Assembly (NCBI GenBank): GCA_029258925.1
Contig: JAPDJV010000010.1
Coordinates: 32,126-96,125, forward strand
From: Thermoproteota archaeon
Lineage (GTDB): Archaea; Thermoproteota; Thermoprotei_A; EX4484-217-1; JAPDJV01
Direction of reading: 5' to 3'
DNA: 64,000 nt
Positions within the stretch are counted from its first letter, which is position 1, and each line of letters begins with the position of its first letter. The position numbers and the translations under genes were made by a program. The notes under the pieces were generated by a model, which saw nothing but the letters and a program-made list of their open reading frames with translations, was not told the DNA's origin and ran no database searches. This document shows positions 40,559 to 50,712 of the stretch, piece after piece.

Positions 40559-40681
40559 ACAGTATTCGGCTTTCAGGAGTCTTAAGGGTGCATTAGAGTA
40601 TAAATAGTTCTGTAATAATAAGCGTTTTCAAGCGAAAACTTAAAGCAATGTTTAATCGCATTTTACTCTAGGACTCCAAGA

Positions 40682-41116
40682 ATGACTGAAATCTACACTA
40701 TTGGTCACTCGAATAGATCTATTGAAGAGTTCATAGACTTATTGAAGTATTTTAAGATAGATGTTGTCGTAGATGTTAGGAGATTTCCCTCCAGCAGGAA
40801 GTTCCCATGGTTCAATAAAGAGTTTCTGAGAGAAGAGTTAGAGAAGCATGGAATAAAATACTTCCACTTAGGCGAGTTAGGCGGTTACCGTAGGGAGAAA
40901 TACGTTAACTATGCTGAAACCAGGGAGTTCGAGGAGGCCGTTAGAAAACTACTCACACTAATATCGCCTTACAGGAGAGCCGCAATAATGTGTTCTGAAT
41001 CGAAGTGGTGGAAGTGCCATAGAAGATTTATAGCGGGTAAAATAGTTGAACTAGGACACCAGGTAACACATATTCTAAGCAAGAACAGAGTGCAAAAACA
41101 CTTACCCAAACAATAA
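40682..41116 (+). CDS. DUF488-family protein
   Basis: The N-terminal blocks IYTIGHSNRSIEEFIDLL and DVVVDVRRFPSSRKFPWF match DUF488. Confidence 0.65.
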   Translation: MTEIYTIGHSNRSIEEFIDLLKYFKIDVVVDVRRFPSSRKFPWFNKEFLREELEKHGIKYFHLGELGGYRREKYVNYAETREFEEAVRKLLTLISPYRRAAIMCSESKWWKCHRRFIAGKIVELGHQVTHILSKNRVQKHLPKQ

Positions 41117-41296
41117 AAGTAAGCCTCCATACTTTGCACATATAACATTACTTCTTAAACATCAATTTTTTAGAAAAATATCCGACTAAGGAGAATGGAG
41201 CTTAACAGTAAAACAGCTTGAGGAAGCTCGGTGAAACCTTTGTTTCGAAGTAATATTTTATAGGAGAACTAGAATTAATTAACAGAGGTTTTAACA

Positions 41297-41686
41297 TTGA
41301 GTAAAGACTATGGAGAACATCTGAAAAGGCGTGCAAGAGCATTTCTTAGAAATGCTGAATACAACTTTGAGAACGGGGAGTATGATCTAGTATTATTCCA
41401 TATAGAACAGTTCATTCAGCTATACCTTAAGTACTTACTATATAGGAAGATAGGTGATTACCCGAAAACCCACTCCTTAACAAGATTGTTTCATAATATT
41501 ATGAGAATCTACAATGATAGGCTTAGGAAGCTCTATGAAGACAACATGGTGATCCTCTACCTGCTAGAGGAATCCTATATAACCTCAAGGTACATTCCAA
41601 GAGAGTATGATAGAGATATTGCTGAGAGAGTGTTGAAATTTTCGAGGAAAGTATTGGAGGTGTTTGAATGCCTAGAGAGAGAATAG
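41297..41686 (+). CDS. HEPN-domain protein of a HEPN-MNT module
   Basis: Carries EYDLVLFHIEQFIQLYLKYLL..THSL and SRYIPREYDRDIAERV. It overlaps the downstream MNT by 19 nt. Confidence 0.8.
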   Translation: MSKDYGEHLKRRARAFLRNAEYNFENGEYDLVLFHIEQFIQLYLKYLLYRKIGDYPKTHSLTRLFHNIMRIYNDRLRKLYEDNMVILYLLEESYITSRYIPREYDRDIAERVLKFSRKVLEVFECLERE

Positions 41687-42030
41687 TGGATCTAGTGGAC
41701 TTGGAAATTGAGAGAATAGAGTGTTGGAGAAAGTACTATGAAAATCCAAAGCATTATGCCTCTAAGATCAAGAATATTGCAAAGAAGCTAGATCCTTATG
41801 CAAGAGTACTTCTCTTTGGGAGCGTTGTTAAAGGTGATATAAGGCCTGACAGCGATATAGATGTCCTAGTTGTAACAGGGCTTGCAAAGAGTGTTGATGA
41901 TAGAATAAGGTTGAGAATAATGATAGCCAAGGAAATAGGCGAATACACCCCCTTTGAAATACACATAGTTACACCAGAAGAATACGAGAAATGGTATAAG
42001 AAGTTCATAAACAAATTTATTGAAGTTTAA
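41668..42030 (+). CDS. minimal nucleotidyltransferase (MNT)
   Basis: Carries the NTase motif GSVVKGDIRPDSDIDVLVV. Confidence 0.85.
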   Translation: MPRERIVDLVDLEIERIECWRKYYENPKHYASKIKNIAKKLDPYARVLLFGSVVKGDIRPDSDIDVLVVTGLAKSVDDRIRLRIMIAKEIGEYTPFEIHIVTPEEYEKWYKKFINKFIEV

Positions 42031-42151
42031 TAGCGAATACTTTCAACATATCCTCTTTTAAACTGTTCTACCTGCTGAAATAACATCTTCATTCTCCAAT
42101 TATTGAAGTGACGTGGCGAATGCGTGGGCATTATTCTCCTATTGTAAAAGT

Positions 42152-43012
42152 TTAATGTTTACATTGTTCACTTTCTTTTAGAATACTTGGTTCCTTCAGG
42201 TCTCCCGGTAGGATTCTTCTTCTAGGCTCCCTGGCAACTATTAGGCTGGCTGTTCCCCTATCCAATGGGGTCAGGTCGACGTCCTCGAAGAATATCCATG
42301 TGAATGCAGCTAGCTCAGCTAAACCCCAGAGAAAAGTCTCCACCGTAACAGGCTTCTTTCCTCCAGTTAGATCAATGTAGGATCTCCTAACAGTCCCCTT
42401 CACAATATCGTAGCCTCCGTGAACGCTTATTATGGGCACTTCTCCCTTGGAAGGCTCAGGTAAGACGTGCTTGTATCCTTGAACCAGGAATATATTGTAC
42501 CTCCTATCGGATTCCTCCGCGACGAAAACCCCCTTATCCCCTAGAACACTGCTCACTGAAGCCAGTAGTCTAACTGTTTCCCAGGGATTGAAGTGGGGCG
42601 CGGAGTAACCGAACATTAAAACGATGTCAAATACTTCTCCCATAAGATGTACTTTACGTGCATCAATAACCCTTGTATCAACATCCACTCCGAGAACACT
42701 GCTACCCCACTCACTTGCAACTCTAAGAGCACTACTACGCAAATCAGTTATCAATAAGTGGACTTCAACACCTCTATCAATTAATGTTTTGGCTAAAGCC
42801 ACACCGCCAATACCAGTTCCACTACACACCTCCAAAACCCTTACTTCACGCTTCGATTCGACGAGCTCTTTAACCCAAGAGTGCTCAACAAACTTCTTCA
42901 AACACTCAAGTGCTTTCTCAAATCTCCTCCTACCTGCATCGCTATACGGGTCCTCGACCCAACCAATCACACCATAAAGATCCTCCAATAATCTCCCCGG
43001 CAATCCAACCAC
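42152..43012 (-). CDS. class I SAM-dependent methyltransferase
   Basis: Motif I VLEVCSGTGIGG and an acidic post-I LITDL. Confidence 0.7.
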   Translation of the reverse strand: MVGLPGRLLEDLYGVIGWVEDPYSDAGRRRFEKALECLKKFVEHSWVKELVESKREVRVLEVCSGTGIGGVALAKTLIDRGVEVHLLITDLRSSALRVASEWGSSVLGVDVDTRVIDARKVHLMGEVFDIVLMFGYSAPHFNPWETVRLLASVSSVLGDKGVFVAEESDRRYNIFLVQGYKHVLPEPSKGEVPIISVHGGYDIVKGTVRRSYIDLTGGKKPVTVETFLWGLAELAAFTWIFFEDVDLTPLDRGTASLIVAREPRRRILPGDLKEPSILKESEQCKH

Positions 43013-43348
43013 CCTAAGCCATGTATTGGAACTTTACACAAGCCGAGAATATTTATAGTTATCCCAGAAAATTCATACAATGAGCATAACATTAATATTC
43101 TTTAGACGTTTCGGATCCAGAGATGGAAAAATCACATTTATGTTCAGCTATTCTTAAACCATATTCTCTTCTCTATTTTCATGAGGAAGATATTTCTTGA
43201 GCCTAGAGCTCAGCTTTAACTATTAGTATAAATCTTGATAGGTTAACTAATTGTAATACCTAGCTATAATTTATGTTAAACTTCTCTAACTTGAAATTAC
43301 ATGCAATTTCTAAACTAAATAGTTAAAAAATACCGGACCTTATAGAGG

Positions 43349-43597
43349 ATGTCTAGGGGAATTGTGAGGGGAACGAGCATTTTATTGGTCTTATTAGTGA
43401 TCTTAATATGCCTAGTTTTGACATTAGAAACGGTTCATGGAACACCTGTCGTAGACATTAACAGCAACTCTGGGAACTACACATTAGTCATTACAACAGC
43501 AAAAGGTGACTGGAAATATGATCACCTAGAAGAGCCTTATGCCCGTGTATATGTGAGGTTCACACAGATCTACCGGAAACAGATTCAAGGGATTTAG
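43349..43597 (+). CDS. small exported protein (82 aa)
   Basis: N-terminal signal/anchor ILLVLLVILICLVL. Confidence 0.4.
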   Translation: MSRGIVRGTSILLVLLVILICLVLTLETVHGTPVVDINSNSGNYTLVITTAKGDWKYDHLEEPYARVYVRFTQIYRKQIQGI

Positions 43598-43843
43598 GAC
43601 TTGTAGTCTACTATAGATTTGAATACGATCTCATAGTTCACGATGAAGGCTTAGTGTATCTTCCTGGCGTTGATAATAAGGGTGAAGGAGTAGCTCTTAC
43701 CGCAACAGACTTACCTAGAATAATCCATGTGTATTTGGCTAGCTATGGGCGATCGGGATACGGTTATATGGAGAATTCTATACTTTACTACATGTGGGAC
43801 ACTCCACTAACATCTTCAAGTGTCCCAATGACTTAGACGCCTC

Positions 43844-44875
43844 ATGGTGGCCATAATGAGGCATAAATCCATGCGTAAATCCATAATAATATCTCTTTTC
43901 CTTCTCCTCATGTCACTTTTAAGTTATCCATTACTCAAAGCGGATTACGGTAGCTCATATTACTGGCTTAAACCAGGAGTGTATGCAACATATGTTCTGC
44001 TTGAAAGCGATTTCCCAAACATTCCAGGTCTTATGGGTTCTATTCATGTAACTAATAATGTTCTAGCTTTAACTAATGGAACTACACTGCTTTTTGACAA
44101 CCTTATATTAACTTGGAGAGTTTTGTCGATAAGGGGAGACATTGTTTCAGTTGAATATAGGCTTAAACTTATTAATGTGACTAGAAGCTTTCCTGAAACT
44201 TATGGCACTAAGCCTACTTATCTGGGTGACCTAGAGTTTTACGATGTGTTCCAAGTTAATGCTAGCAGTCTTGAAGCATTCGACGAGGAGGAAAGATATG
44301 TTGGCACGTGGCCTTTTTGGGTTCACCTATATTATTTAAATAATAATATAACAATTATCCATGGATTATGTAAATTGAAGGGTGAAAAAATATTTCATGA
44401 AGATGTCGTTGTTAGACTCGTTGACCTAGCTGAAATAGGAAGCGTATTCAATGTTAAGGGAAATCCTGGTATTAAGACTTATACAGGATTCTTTAGCTTT
44501 AAGAGGATACTTGCTTTCCAACCATGCTTTAGGCCCGGTGCCTCAGGGGATACTGGTGTTACTATTAATTACACTGCCCCATATTATGTGAGTACAGGGA
44601 TTTTTAATGCACTATACGATAAAGTATCCTTGATTATGATAGGATATGAGGGATGCTATGTTGACGACATAATCCTACACATTCTCGGAAACAACACGAT
44701 AATCTACAAGATCAATATTAAGGGACTCATATTAAACTCTACAAACATAGACTTCAAGTTCGGAAGAGTAGAAGAGGAGAGCACTAATATTAATTTAAAA
44801 CTTATCCTATGTATTGTACTAGGTGTAGCATTGGCTGGTGGCGTGGTTTATGTCTGGAGAAAACGTGTTGCTTAA
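43844..44875 (+). CDS. secreted, C-terminally membrane-anchored surface protein
   Basis: N-terminal signal peptide, N-glycosylation-type sequons, and a C-terminal TM followed by a basic tail (LILCIVLGVALAGGVVYVWRKRVA). Confidence 0.5.
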   Translation: MVAIMRHKSMRKSIIISLFLLLMSLLSYPLLKADYGSSYYWLKPGVYATYVLLESDFPNIPGLMGSIHVTNNVLALTNGTTLLFDNLILTWRVLSIRGDIVSVEYRLKLINVTRSFPETYGTKPTYLGDLEFYDVFQVNASSLEAFDEEERYVGTWPFWVHLYYLNNNITIIHGLCKLKGEKIFHEDVVVRLVDLAEIGSVFNVKGNPGIKTYTGFFSFKRILAFQPCFRPGASGDTGVTINYTAPYYVSTGIFNALYDKVSLIMIGYEGCYVDDIILHILGNNTIIYKINIKGLILNSTNIDFKFGRVEEESTNINLKLILCIVLGVALAGGVVYVWRKRVA

Positions 44876-45362
44876 AGCTGTCTTATTCACGGGATTACTG
44901 CTGCTGACAACTGGTGCATCATTAATACTCTGGACGCTTATGCCATGCAGGAAAATAATTATTGGAGGTCCAGGTTTCCACGACTATAAGCCTGGTGTAA
45001 CATATTTTAGAAGATATTACGGGTATTATTTGGAGGAAACGATTTTTTCTGTTACAGTTGAACTTCCCGGGATACAATATAATTTCACTGTCACCAGAGT
45101 TGGCGGGGACTGGAAGTATAGTAGGTGTGGAATTGGACATGATTACTTTGAGTTCAGGCTTCCTGGAAGAGGCGTATATGAGATAGATGCATGCATGCGT
45201 GTAGTCGAGAATTCTTCAAGTGCTAAAACTGGCTCTATTAACGTGACTGTTGATACTTGGAGAGGCAGTAGCATTTTCTCCACAGGCATGGGGCTCATCA
45301 TACCAGGCTGCTTATTGGTCTCCATAGCACTCTTAGCTGGGAGGCTCAGGAATGTTTTTTAA
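44838..45362 (+). CDS. membrane-anchored exported protein (174 aa)
   Basis: N- and C-terminal TM segments; it overlaps both neighbours, which suggests an operon. Confidence 0.4.
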   Translation: MAWFMSGENVLLKAVLFTGLLLLTTGASLILWTLMPCRKIIIGGPGFHDYKPGVTYFRRYYGYYLEETIFSVTVELPGIQYNFTVTRVGGDWKYSRCGIGHDYFEFRLPGRGVYEIDACMRVVENSSSAKTGSINVTVDTWRGSSIFSTGMGLIIPGCLLVSIALLAGRLRNVF

Positions 45363-46104
45363 AGTTTTTTCATGGGAGTTTCAGGGAGGTAGGAGGCCCT
45401 ACATGGTTCTCCTACTATACTTCCTCCTACTCTTAACAGTACACTTCACTATTGGAGAAGTAGAGGTTGAGGTTGCCTGTGAATCGTATTATTTAGAATA
45501 TGATTATCCTCCTGGAATAGTTATAGATGTGGATTGGCTCGCCGAAGATATTTGGTGGTTTGCTTTTCCAGTAGTATTAGCATATTCTATAAGCTTGTTC
45601 AGCTATGAGCTGGATACTGGTGTGCTGGAAACATATTTGCTGAGTAGTGTTAAGAGGTCAACGATTTTCACAGCAAAGCTTTCAGCAATATTCACTGCAA
45701 TCCTTCTACCATTACTCGGATGCCTCCTCTTATCCTATCCCCTGGCAGACCCATTATTGTTTCAACATGATCCCATGGGGGTATACATTAACTTACCTCC
45801 ACGCCTCCTCTTATACGCTTCAATGCTTTACATCATGATATGTATTTCAGTGTTTTCTGCAACCGTTTTCAGGAAACCCTTATACGCCTTCATATTGCCG
45901 ACCGTTACGCTTTACATTTTAAACATGACTGGGATTTTCAAAAGGTATATTCCTCCTTCATGCTTCTACTATCCTCCTGGCTTCCCATGCTCTCTCGGAG
46001 TAGATGTTATGACTGTCATCGAAAGATCTATGCCTGCAATTATCTTCTCTACGATAATGCTAATTTTATCATACTTCATATTCAACAGGAAAGATATAGT
46101 GTAG
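45352..46104 (+). CDS. ABC-2-type transporter permease
   Basis: 6 TM helices and a YELDTGVLETYLLSSVKRSTIFTAKL block typical of ABC-2 permeases. Confidence 0.55.
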   Translation: MFFKVFSWEFQGGRRPYMVLLLYFLLLLTVHFTIGEVEVEVACESYYLEYDYPPGIVIDVDWLAEDIWWFAFPVVLAYSISLFSYELDTGVLETYLLSSVKRSTIFTAKLSAIFTAILLPLLGCLLLSYPLADPLLFQHDPMGVYINLPPRLLLYASMLYIMICISVFSATVFRKPLYAFILPTVTLYILNMTGIFKRYIPPSCFYYPPGFPCSLGVDVMTVIERSMPAIIFSTIMLILSYFIFNRKDIV

Positions 46105-46112
46105 GTGGTTTT

Positions 46113-47006
46113 TTGGAGGAAGTGGTTAGACTGGAGGGTTTATGGAAGCTTTATGGTGGGAATCCTGCTCTAAGAAACATTAACTTAACAATCCCCGAGG
46201 GAAGCATGTTCCTCTTAATGGGGCCTAATGGTTCCGGTAAAACAACTCTTCTGAAAATAGTTCTGGGCCTCGTAAAGCCCACGCGTGGAGTGGCCAGGGT
46301 TTTAGGGTTAGATCCATGGAAGAAGAGACATGAGATGTTTAAAAGGGTTGGTGCAATGTTGGAGAGACATTCAATGCCTAAATGGACGACTGGGAGAAGA
46401 ATTCTAGAATACTTGGCTAAGCTTAAAGGTTTGAGAGAGCCAAGGAAGGAAGCTCTTAAAGTAGCTAAGATTTTCGAAGTTGACGAATATTGGGATCGAA
46501 ATATATCAACATATTCTGCTGGAATGCTTAGGAAGATTGCGGTAGCACACGCATTCCTAGGAGATCCAGAGCTTATTGTCTTAGATGAGCCAATGGTTAC
46601 ATTAGATAAGCAAACAAGGCTTATATTAAGGAATATTATTAGGGATAGGAAGGATAGGACATATATCGTTTCATCACACGTTGTTATGGAATTAGAGGAA
46701 ATTGCAACACACATAGCAGTATTAAATAGAGGCAGGATAGTTATTGCCGGGAGTATTAGAGATGTGGCTGAGAAGCTTGGTTTAAACCGGATAATGATCA
46801 AAACTAGCAACATGGAGAGAGCGCTAAGAATATTGGTGGAAAAAGAATATGATGTCAGAGCATCAAGTGGTAAAATAATAGTTGAAACAGCACAGAGCCC
46901 GAAAATACTTCTTGAATTACTTGAGAAGGAGAATATTGAGGCAAGCATTGAAATTGTTGAGCCAAGTGTTTGGAGCATATACGCTAAATCTCTTCTTAAA
47001 CAATAA
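46113..47006 (+). CDS. ABC transporter ATP-binding protein
   Basis: Walker A GPNGSGKTT, signature YSAGMLRK, Walker B IVLDEP and an H-loop. The start is taken as the TTG or GTG at 46113/46122 (VRLEGLWKLYGG). The tracked 45840 extension overlaps the permease in another frame and is rejected. Confidence 0.75.
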   Translation: MEEVVRLEGLWKLYGGNPALRNINLTIPEGSMFLLMGPNGSGKTTLLKIVLGLVKPTRGVARVLGLDPWKKRHEMFKRVGAMLERHSMPKWTTGRRILEYLAKLKGLREPRKEALKVAKIFEVDEYWDRNISTYSAGMLRKIAVAHAFLGDPELIVLDEPMVTLDKQTRLILRNIIRDRKDRTYIVSSHVVMELEEIATHIAVLNRGRIVIAGSIRDVAEKLGLNRIMIKTSNMERALRILVEKEYDVRASSGKIIVETAQSPKILLELLEKENIEASIEIVEPSVWSIYAKSLLKQ

Positions 47007-47125
47007 AGCATTGCTTGGAAGCATAAACGTAATTAGTATTACAAGGCTATGTCCCACTACACTCATCATGCGCCGAGTAATTTATTAATGCAATCACTTC
47101 TTTAAGTTTCCTACAGGATACAAAA

Positions 47126-47533
47126 TTGACTAAACACGTGTCACTCTTAAATGAAAAGAATATTGTTAGGCTCCTGAGAGTGCTTGAAAAATATGGTTAT
47201 GGATGCTATGCTTCTCTTAGCGAGCTCGAAGTATTCTTAACAGCTGAAACTATTTACTCTGATGCCTCAATCGAGGAAATATTCGGTAATGAAGCTCTCC
47301 TGCTCCACGAGCTAATAGAGCTGTGTGAGATCAAGAAGCTTGGAGTAAAAGTGAGTCGGAAAATGTTCATCAAACATCCTACTGAAGCATATATAGCACA
47401 CCTGTCTTCACTAAGAATAGAACTACCAATAGCTTTAGAGGAGAACTGGGTGGAATTCATAGAAATGTACGCTGAGTCTATAAAGACTTATCTAGAAGAC
47501 CCCTATCTCCCAAGAGAGCTGGAGGAGGAATGA
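47126..47533 (+). CDS. hypothetical acidic protein (135 aa)
   Basis: Intact ORF with no motif. Confidence 0.4.
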   Translation: MTKHVSLLNEKNIVRLLRVLEKYGYGCYASLSELEVFLTAETIYSDASIEEIFGNEALLLHELIELCEIKKLGVKVSRKMFIKHPTEAYIAHLSSLRIELPIALEENWVEFIEMYAESIKTYLEDPYLPRELEEE

Positions 47534-48185
47534 AGGAAAATATTAGGAGAATACAATAATGTCTTATCCAAATTATCTAAATACGAAAAGACCTAGAATA
47601 CTTAAAAATCCTTCTTGGTTTCTTATACTCGAGTGTTTGTTTTAAACGTGAAGTGGATTTATGGTTAATCTTCATGTCTATAAACCTTTAAGGATAATTT
47701 GTGAAACAATGATTAGCTATATGTGAATATTACATCAAGAGGTGCCGAAAGGGCGATCTGGTGACAAAGCTTTTTCGATGAACACTAACTTCCTCTAGTA
47801 TGCCTTGAATAATCTCTCCTGTAATTCTTGTCTTGAAGCTGTAGTTTAATCAATAAGTGTATATCCATAAGTTATTATAATATGTTGCAATCGTGCCTAG
47901 TAGGAGTATGTGACTTCGCGGAACTCCTTGGAGTCGAGATGGAAGCGTAGAAATGATAAACATGAAGATGTCGTAGACTACTACATGAAATTGTTTGAGA
48001 AAAACTTTGAGAACTGTTATTTTGGAACTGGTAGATGTGTTGTAAAAACTATTCCAACGAGTAGCTTAGGAGGAGCGCACTCCACTGTTATGTACAGTAC
48101 CTTTACTTGGAGGATTTCAGTGGCGATCCTTGAGCTTCTCCTACTCCTTGACACTATATTCTTCACTAGGTTGCGGTTAACCTAT

Positions 48186-48686
48186 CTAAGCTAAGGGCTT
48201 TAGCTCAAGTTCAACTAGCTTCAATAATTCTTCAAAGGTGTGAGGGTGATGATAGTCATGGTGGTGTTCTTTGAGATGCCTTTTCACCCATAGCGGTAGC
48301 TTTACTCTACCGCGTGGTTTATCGAAGACTGGTATGTAGGGTTTAATGTCTATGATTGGTGTGTTGTCTTCAGCATCGAGGCCGTCGACCAGAAGCTTGC
48401 GTCCCCGTCTCTCGATAAGCTTAACTGTTGTTACACCAATAGGGTTAGGTCTGGCTGGGAAGCGTGTAGCAAAGACTCCAAGTCTAGGAGTCTTGAAGTG
48501 CTTAGGCCTAATCCTTATAACTCTCCTCAACTCATCGGTAACCCTGTTCATCCAGTAAATGACTACTAGATGGGAGAAGTGGTTGACTTTGTCTAGGCAC
48601 TCCGCGTATTCTTTTAGCACTTCTATTATAGCTTTCTCGTGGTCAACTCTGTAAGCGAAGCCTATAGGCTTCACTTCAAACACCAA
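48186..48686 (-). CDS. trmO: TrmO/YaeB(TsaA)-family tRNA methyltransferase
   Basis: The blocks FEVKPIGF, PNPIGVTTVKL and IDIKPY match the YaeB-like fold. The start is TTG/GTG (LVFEVK) and overlaps the upstream gene by about 10 nt. Confidence 0.7.
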   Translation of the reverse strand: MVFEVKPIGFAYRVDHEKAIIEVLKEYAECLDKVNHFSHLVVIYWMNRVTDELRRVIRIRPKHFKTPRLGVFATRFPARPNPIGVTTVKLIERRGRKLLVDGLDAEDNTPIIDIKPYIPVFDKPRGRVKLPLWVKRHLKEHHHDYHHPHTFEELLKLVELELKPLA

Positions 48687-49242
48687 CCATAAGCACCTCC
48701 CTAGTAATAGGGATGAGCTTCTTGTAGGCGATGTAGGCACCTAGTATCGACACTACGGAGCCAGCTAGAGCTAGAGGCAGGAATAGAGACTTCAATAGGA
48801 TAACCCATATCTTTGCTGGCATGGATATCAAGAGATACAGTGTCTTACCAACCACTGTTTGAAGGAGGAAGGCGAGGAAAGCAGCTATGCAATATGGCTT
48901 GAAGCTTGTGTGCCTACTGAAAATCTTAAACACGACAATATCTAAGACAAAACCTCTTATAGGCCAAGACACGAGTGCAGGAGGTTTGGCTCCAGTAGCC
49001 ATAACCATGAGAATCCCAGTAACCACTCCTATAAAGCTTGCAACACCAAACCTGTCGGCAGCACAAGCCGCTGTCAACATTATCGCTGTACAGAGAATAG
49101 CGTCGATTACCATGTGAGCTGGGCTTATCCCACCCATCCCACTCAACGCTCCACCTAGAGGAATATACCTGTTAAGACTGGCAACTGCGAAGTTGAGGGC
49201 GGAGAAAACCGCTACGAAAACAATCAAGCGGGTCTCATCCAT
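48676..49242 (-). CDS. small-substrate membrane transporter-like protein (about 6 TM; ECF S-component/QueT-like?)
   Basis: 188-aa hydrophobic protein co-transcribed with trmO. Confidence 0.4.
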   Translation of the reverse strand: MDETRLIVFVAVFSALNFAVASLNRYIPLGGALSGMGGISPAHMVIDAILCTAIMLTAACAADRFGVASFIGVVTGILMVMATGAKPPALVSWPIRGFVLDIVVFKIFSRHTSFKPYCIAAFLAFLLQTVVGKTLYLLISMPAKIWVILLKSLFLPLALAGSVVSILGAYIAYKKLIPITREVLMVGV

Positions 49243-49609
49243 GTAAACTACCTCCTATACAACATTACAATAACTATACACCTACAAGTTGTTACCAATT
49301 TATCTTATAAGTGTTACTCGACCCTAGTAAAGTCGACGAGAAAAGAACCTTATTGGCTCAATAATTATACCAAGCATATCCTTAAGTATTCTAATACATT
49401 TACTCCAACTACCACGTTCCCTAGATTTCAACGGCCTCAAATACCCTATTCTCCCTTAACAATAAGTCTTACAAGGCTTCAAATCCTAACCTGGACGACT
49501 TTAACCACACGTTATACTCTGACCTTCACGAGAATTTCGGGCTTCTGGATTCCACTGTTAACGTCTTCCTTAATTTATGGTTGGCCGATATTTATGAAAA
49601 CTCCGGCCA

Positions 49610-50566
49610 CTATTTTTCAAGGGGTATTCTTCTCACTATAAATGTATGGTTTCTATATGATATTTTTACTATTCTCCCTTCTTTAACCAGGTTGCTTATA
49701 GTCTTCTCCGGGTCTACTCCATGCTCTAGGAGATAACTGTATGCGTAGTCTATTCTCATTGGATGCACGGCTATTATCGCTAATAACGACTCGATGGGGT
49801 CTCCTATGGAAGTAAACTCTGGGCCCTCGTAGCCTATTAGCAATTCAACCTTATCGGCTCCAAGCTTCTCGGAGAAGATACTGTATGCTTTGATCAATAT
49901 TTCCTCCGTCGGGGGCTTAACCCAATTCTCTGCTGGAGGCCTTGTGGGAATCGAGATATAGGTTTTATGGAATCTTGTTTTCGAGAGGAATTCTGCTATC
50001 TCCTTGAAGCTCTCCTCGCCATCGTTTAATCCCCTGACCAGCATTGTCTCGAATACGAGTTTCCCCCTATACTTCTTCGAGAACTCCATGATGCCTCCCA
50101 GTATTTCGTGGATGCAGAGTTTCGGATGTGGCCTATTGATTCCCCTCCACGTCTCCTCCATGACCGCGTCTATTTTAAGTGATACTAGGTTGAATATGGA
50201 TAGGTCTTGTCTCACATCTTCCATGTGGATTAGTGAGGCATTTGACAGTATTGCTATGGGGGTGCTTATGTTCAACTTTATTCGCTCAGCTATTTTACCC
50301 AAGTTCGCGTCTAGTGTTGGCTCTCCATCAGGCACAAAGGTAACGTAGTTGACTTTGCTCTCTCCAAGCTTGCCAATAGCTTCGACAACCTCGCTCACAA
50401 CATCGTTTATCGGGTAAAAGCTTCTCCTCTCCGCTTCCAGGAAAAATGTCCTCCCAAGCTGGCAGTAAACGCAAGAGTAAGAACAGTGTTTTAGTGGAAT
50501 ATTATTTACTCCTAGAGATCTTCCAAGCCTCCTCGAGGGAACAGGCCCGAAAACGTATTTACTCAT
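49610..50566 (-). CDS. radical SAM protein
   Basis: Carries CSYSCVYCQ (CxxxCxxC) and FVPDGEPTL. Confidence 0.7.
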   Translation of the reverse strand: MSKYVFGPVPSRRLGRSLGVNNIPLKHCSYSCVYCQLGRTFFLEAERRSFYPINDVVSEVVEAIGKLGESKVNYVTFVPDGEPTLDANLGKIAERIKLNISTPIAILSNASLIHMEDVRQDLSIFNLVSLKIDAVMEETWRGINRPHPKLCIHEILGGIMEFSKKYRGKLVFETMLVRGLNDGEESFKEIAEFLSKTRFHKTYISIPTRPPAENWVKPPTEEILIKAYSIFSEKLGADKVELLIGYEGPEFTSIGDPIESLLAIIAVHPMRIDYAYSYLLEHGVDPEKTISNLVKEGRIVKISYRNHTFIVRRIPLEK

Positions 50567-50712
50567 AGATGCAGCTCCTCAGTATCGTGTTCTCGAAATA
50601 TTATTTAACGTATTATCCTTTACCGGAATGGTGGAAAAACTTATATGTAGTGGATGAATGTGGTTTCGAGGGCTTGGCTGTAAAATATTGTTTGAAACGT
50701 TGCCGGCGTGGT

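Noticed and set aside
45840-46112. N-terminal 90-aa extension of the ABC ATPase ORF as given in the track
   Set aside because: It overlaps the permease CDS in another frame. The ATPase homology starts at VRLEGLWKLYGG, which has a TTG/GTG start at 46113/46122.
50569-50712. ATG-initiated N-terminal extension of carA
   Set aside because: The extension (MQLLSIVFSKYYLTYYPLPEWW...) has no CarA homology and runs through the divergent promoter region. The conserved N-terminus begins at LLLEDG.
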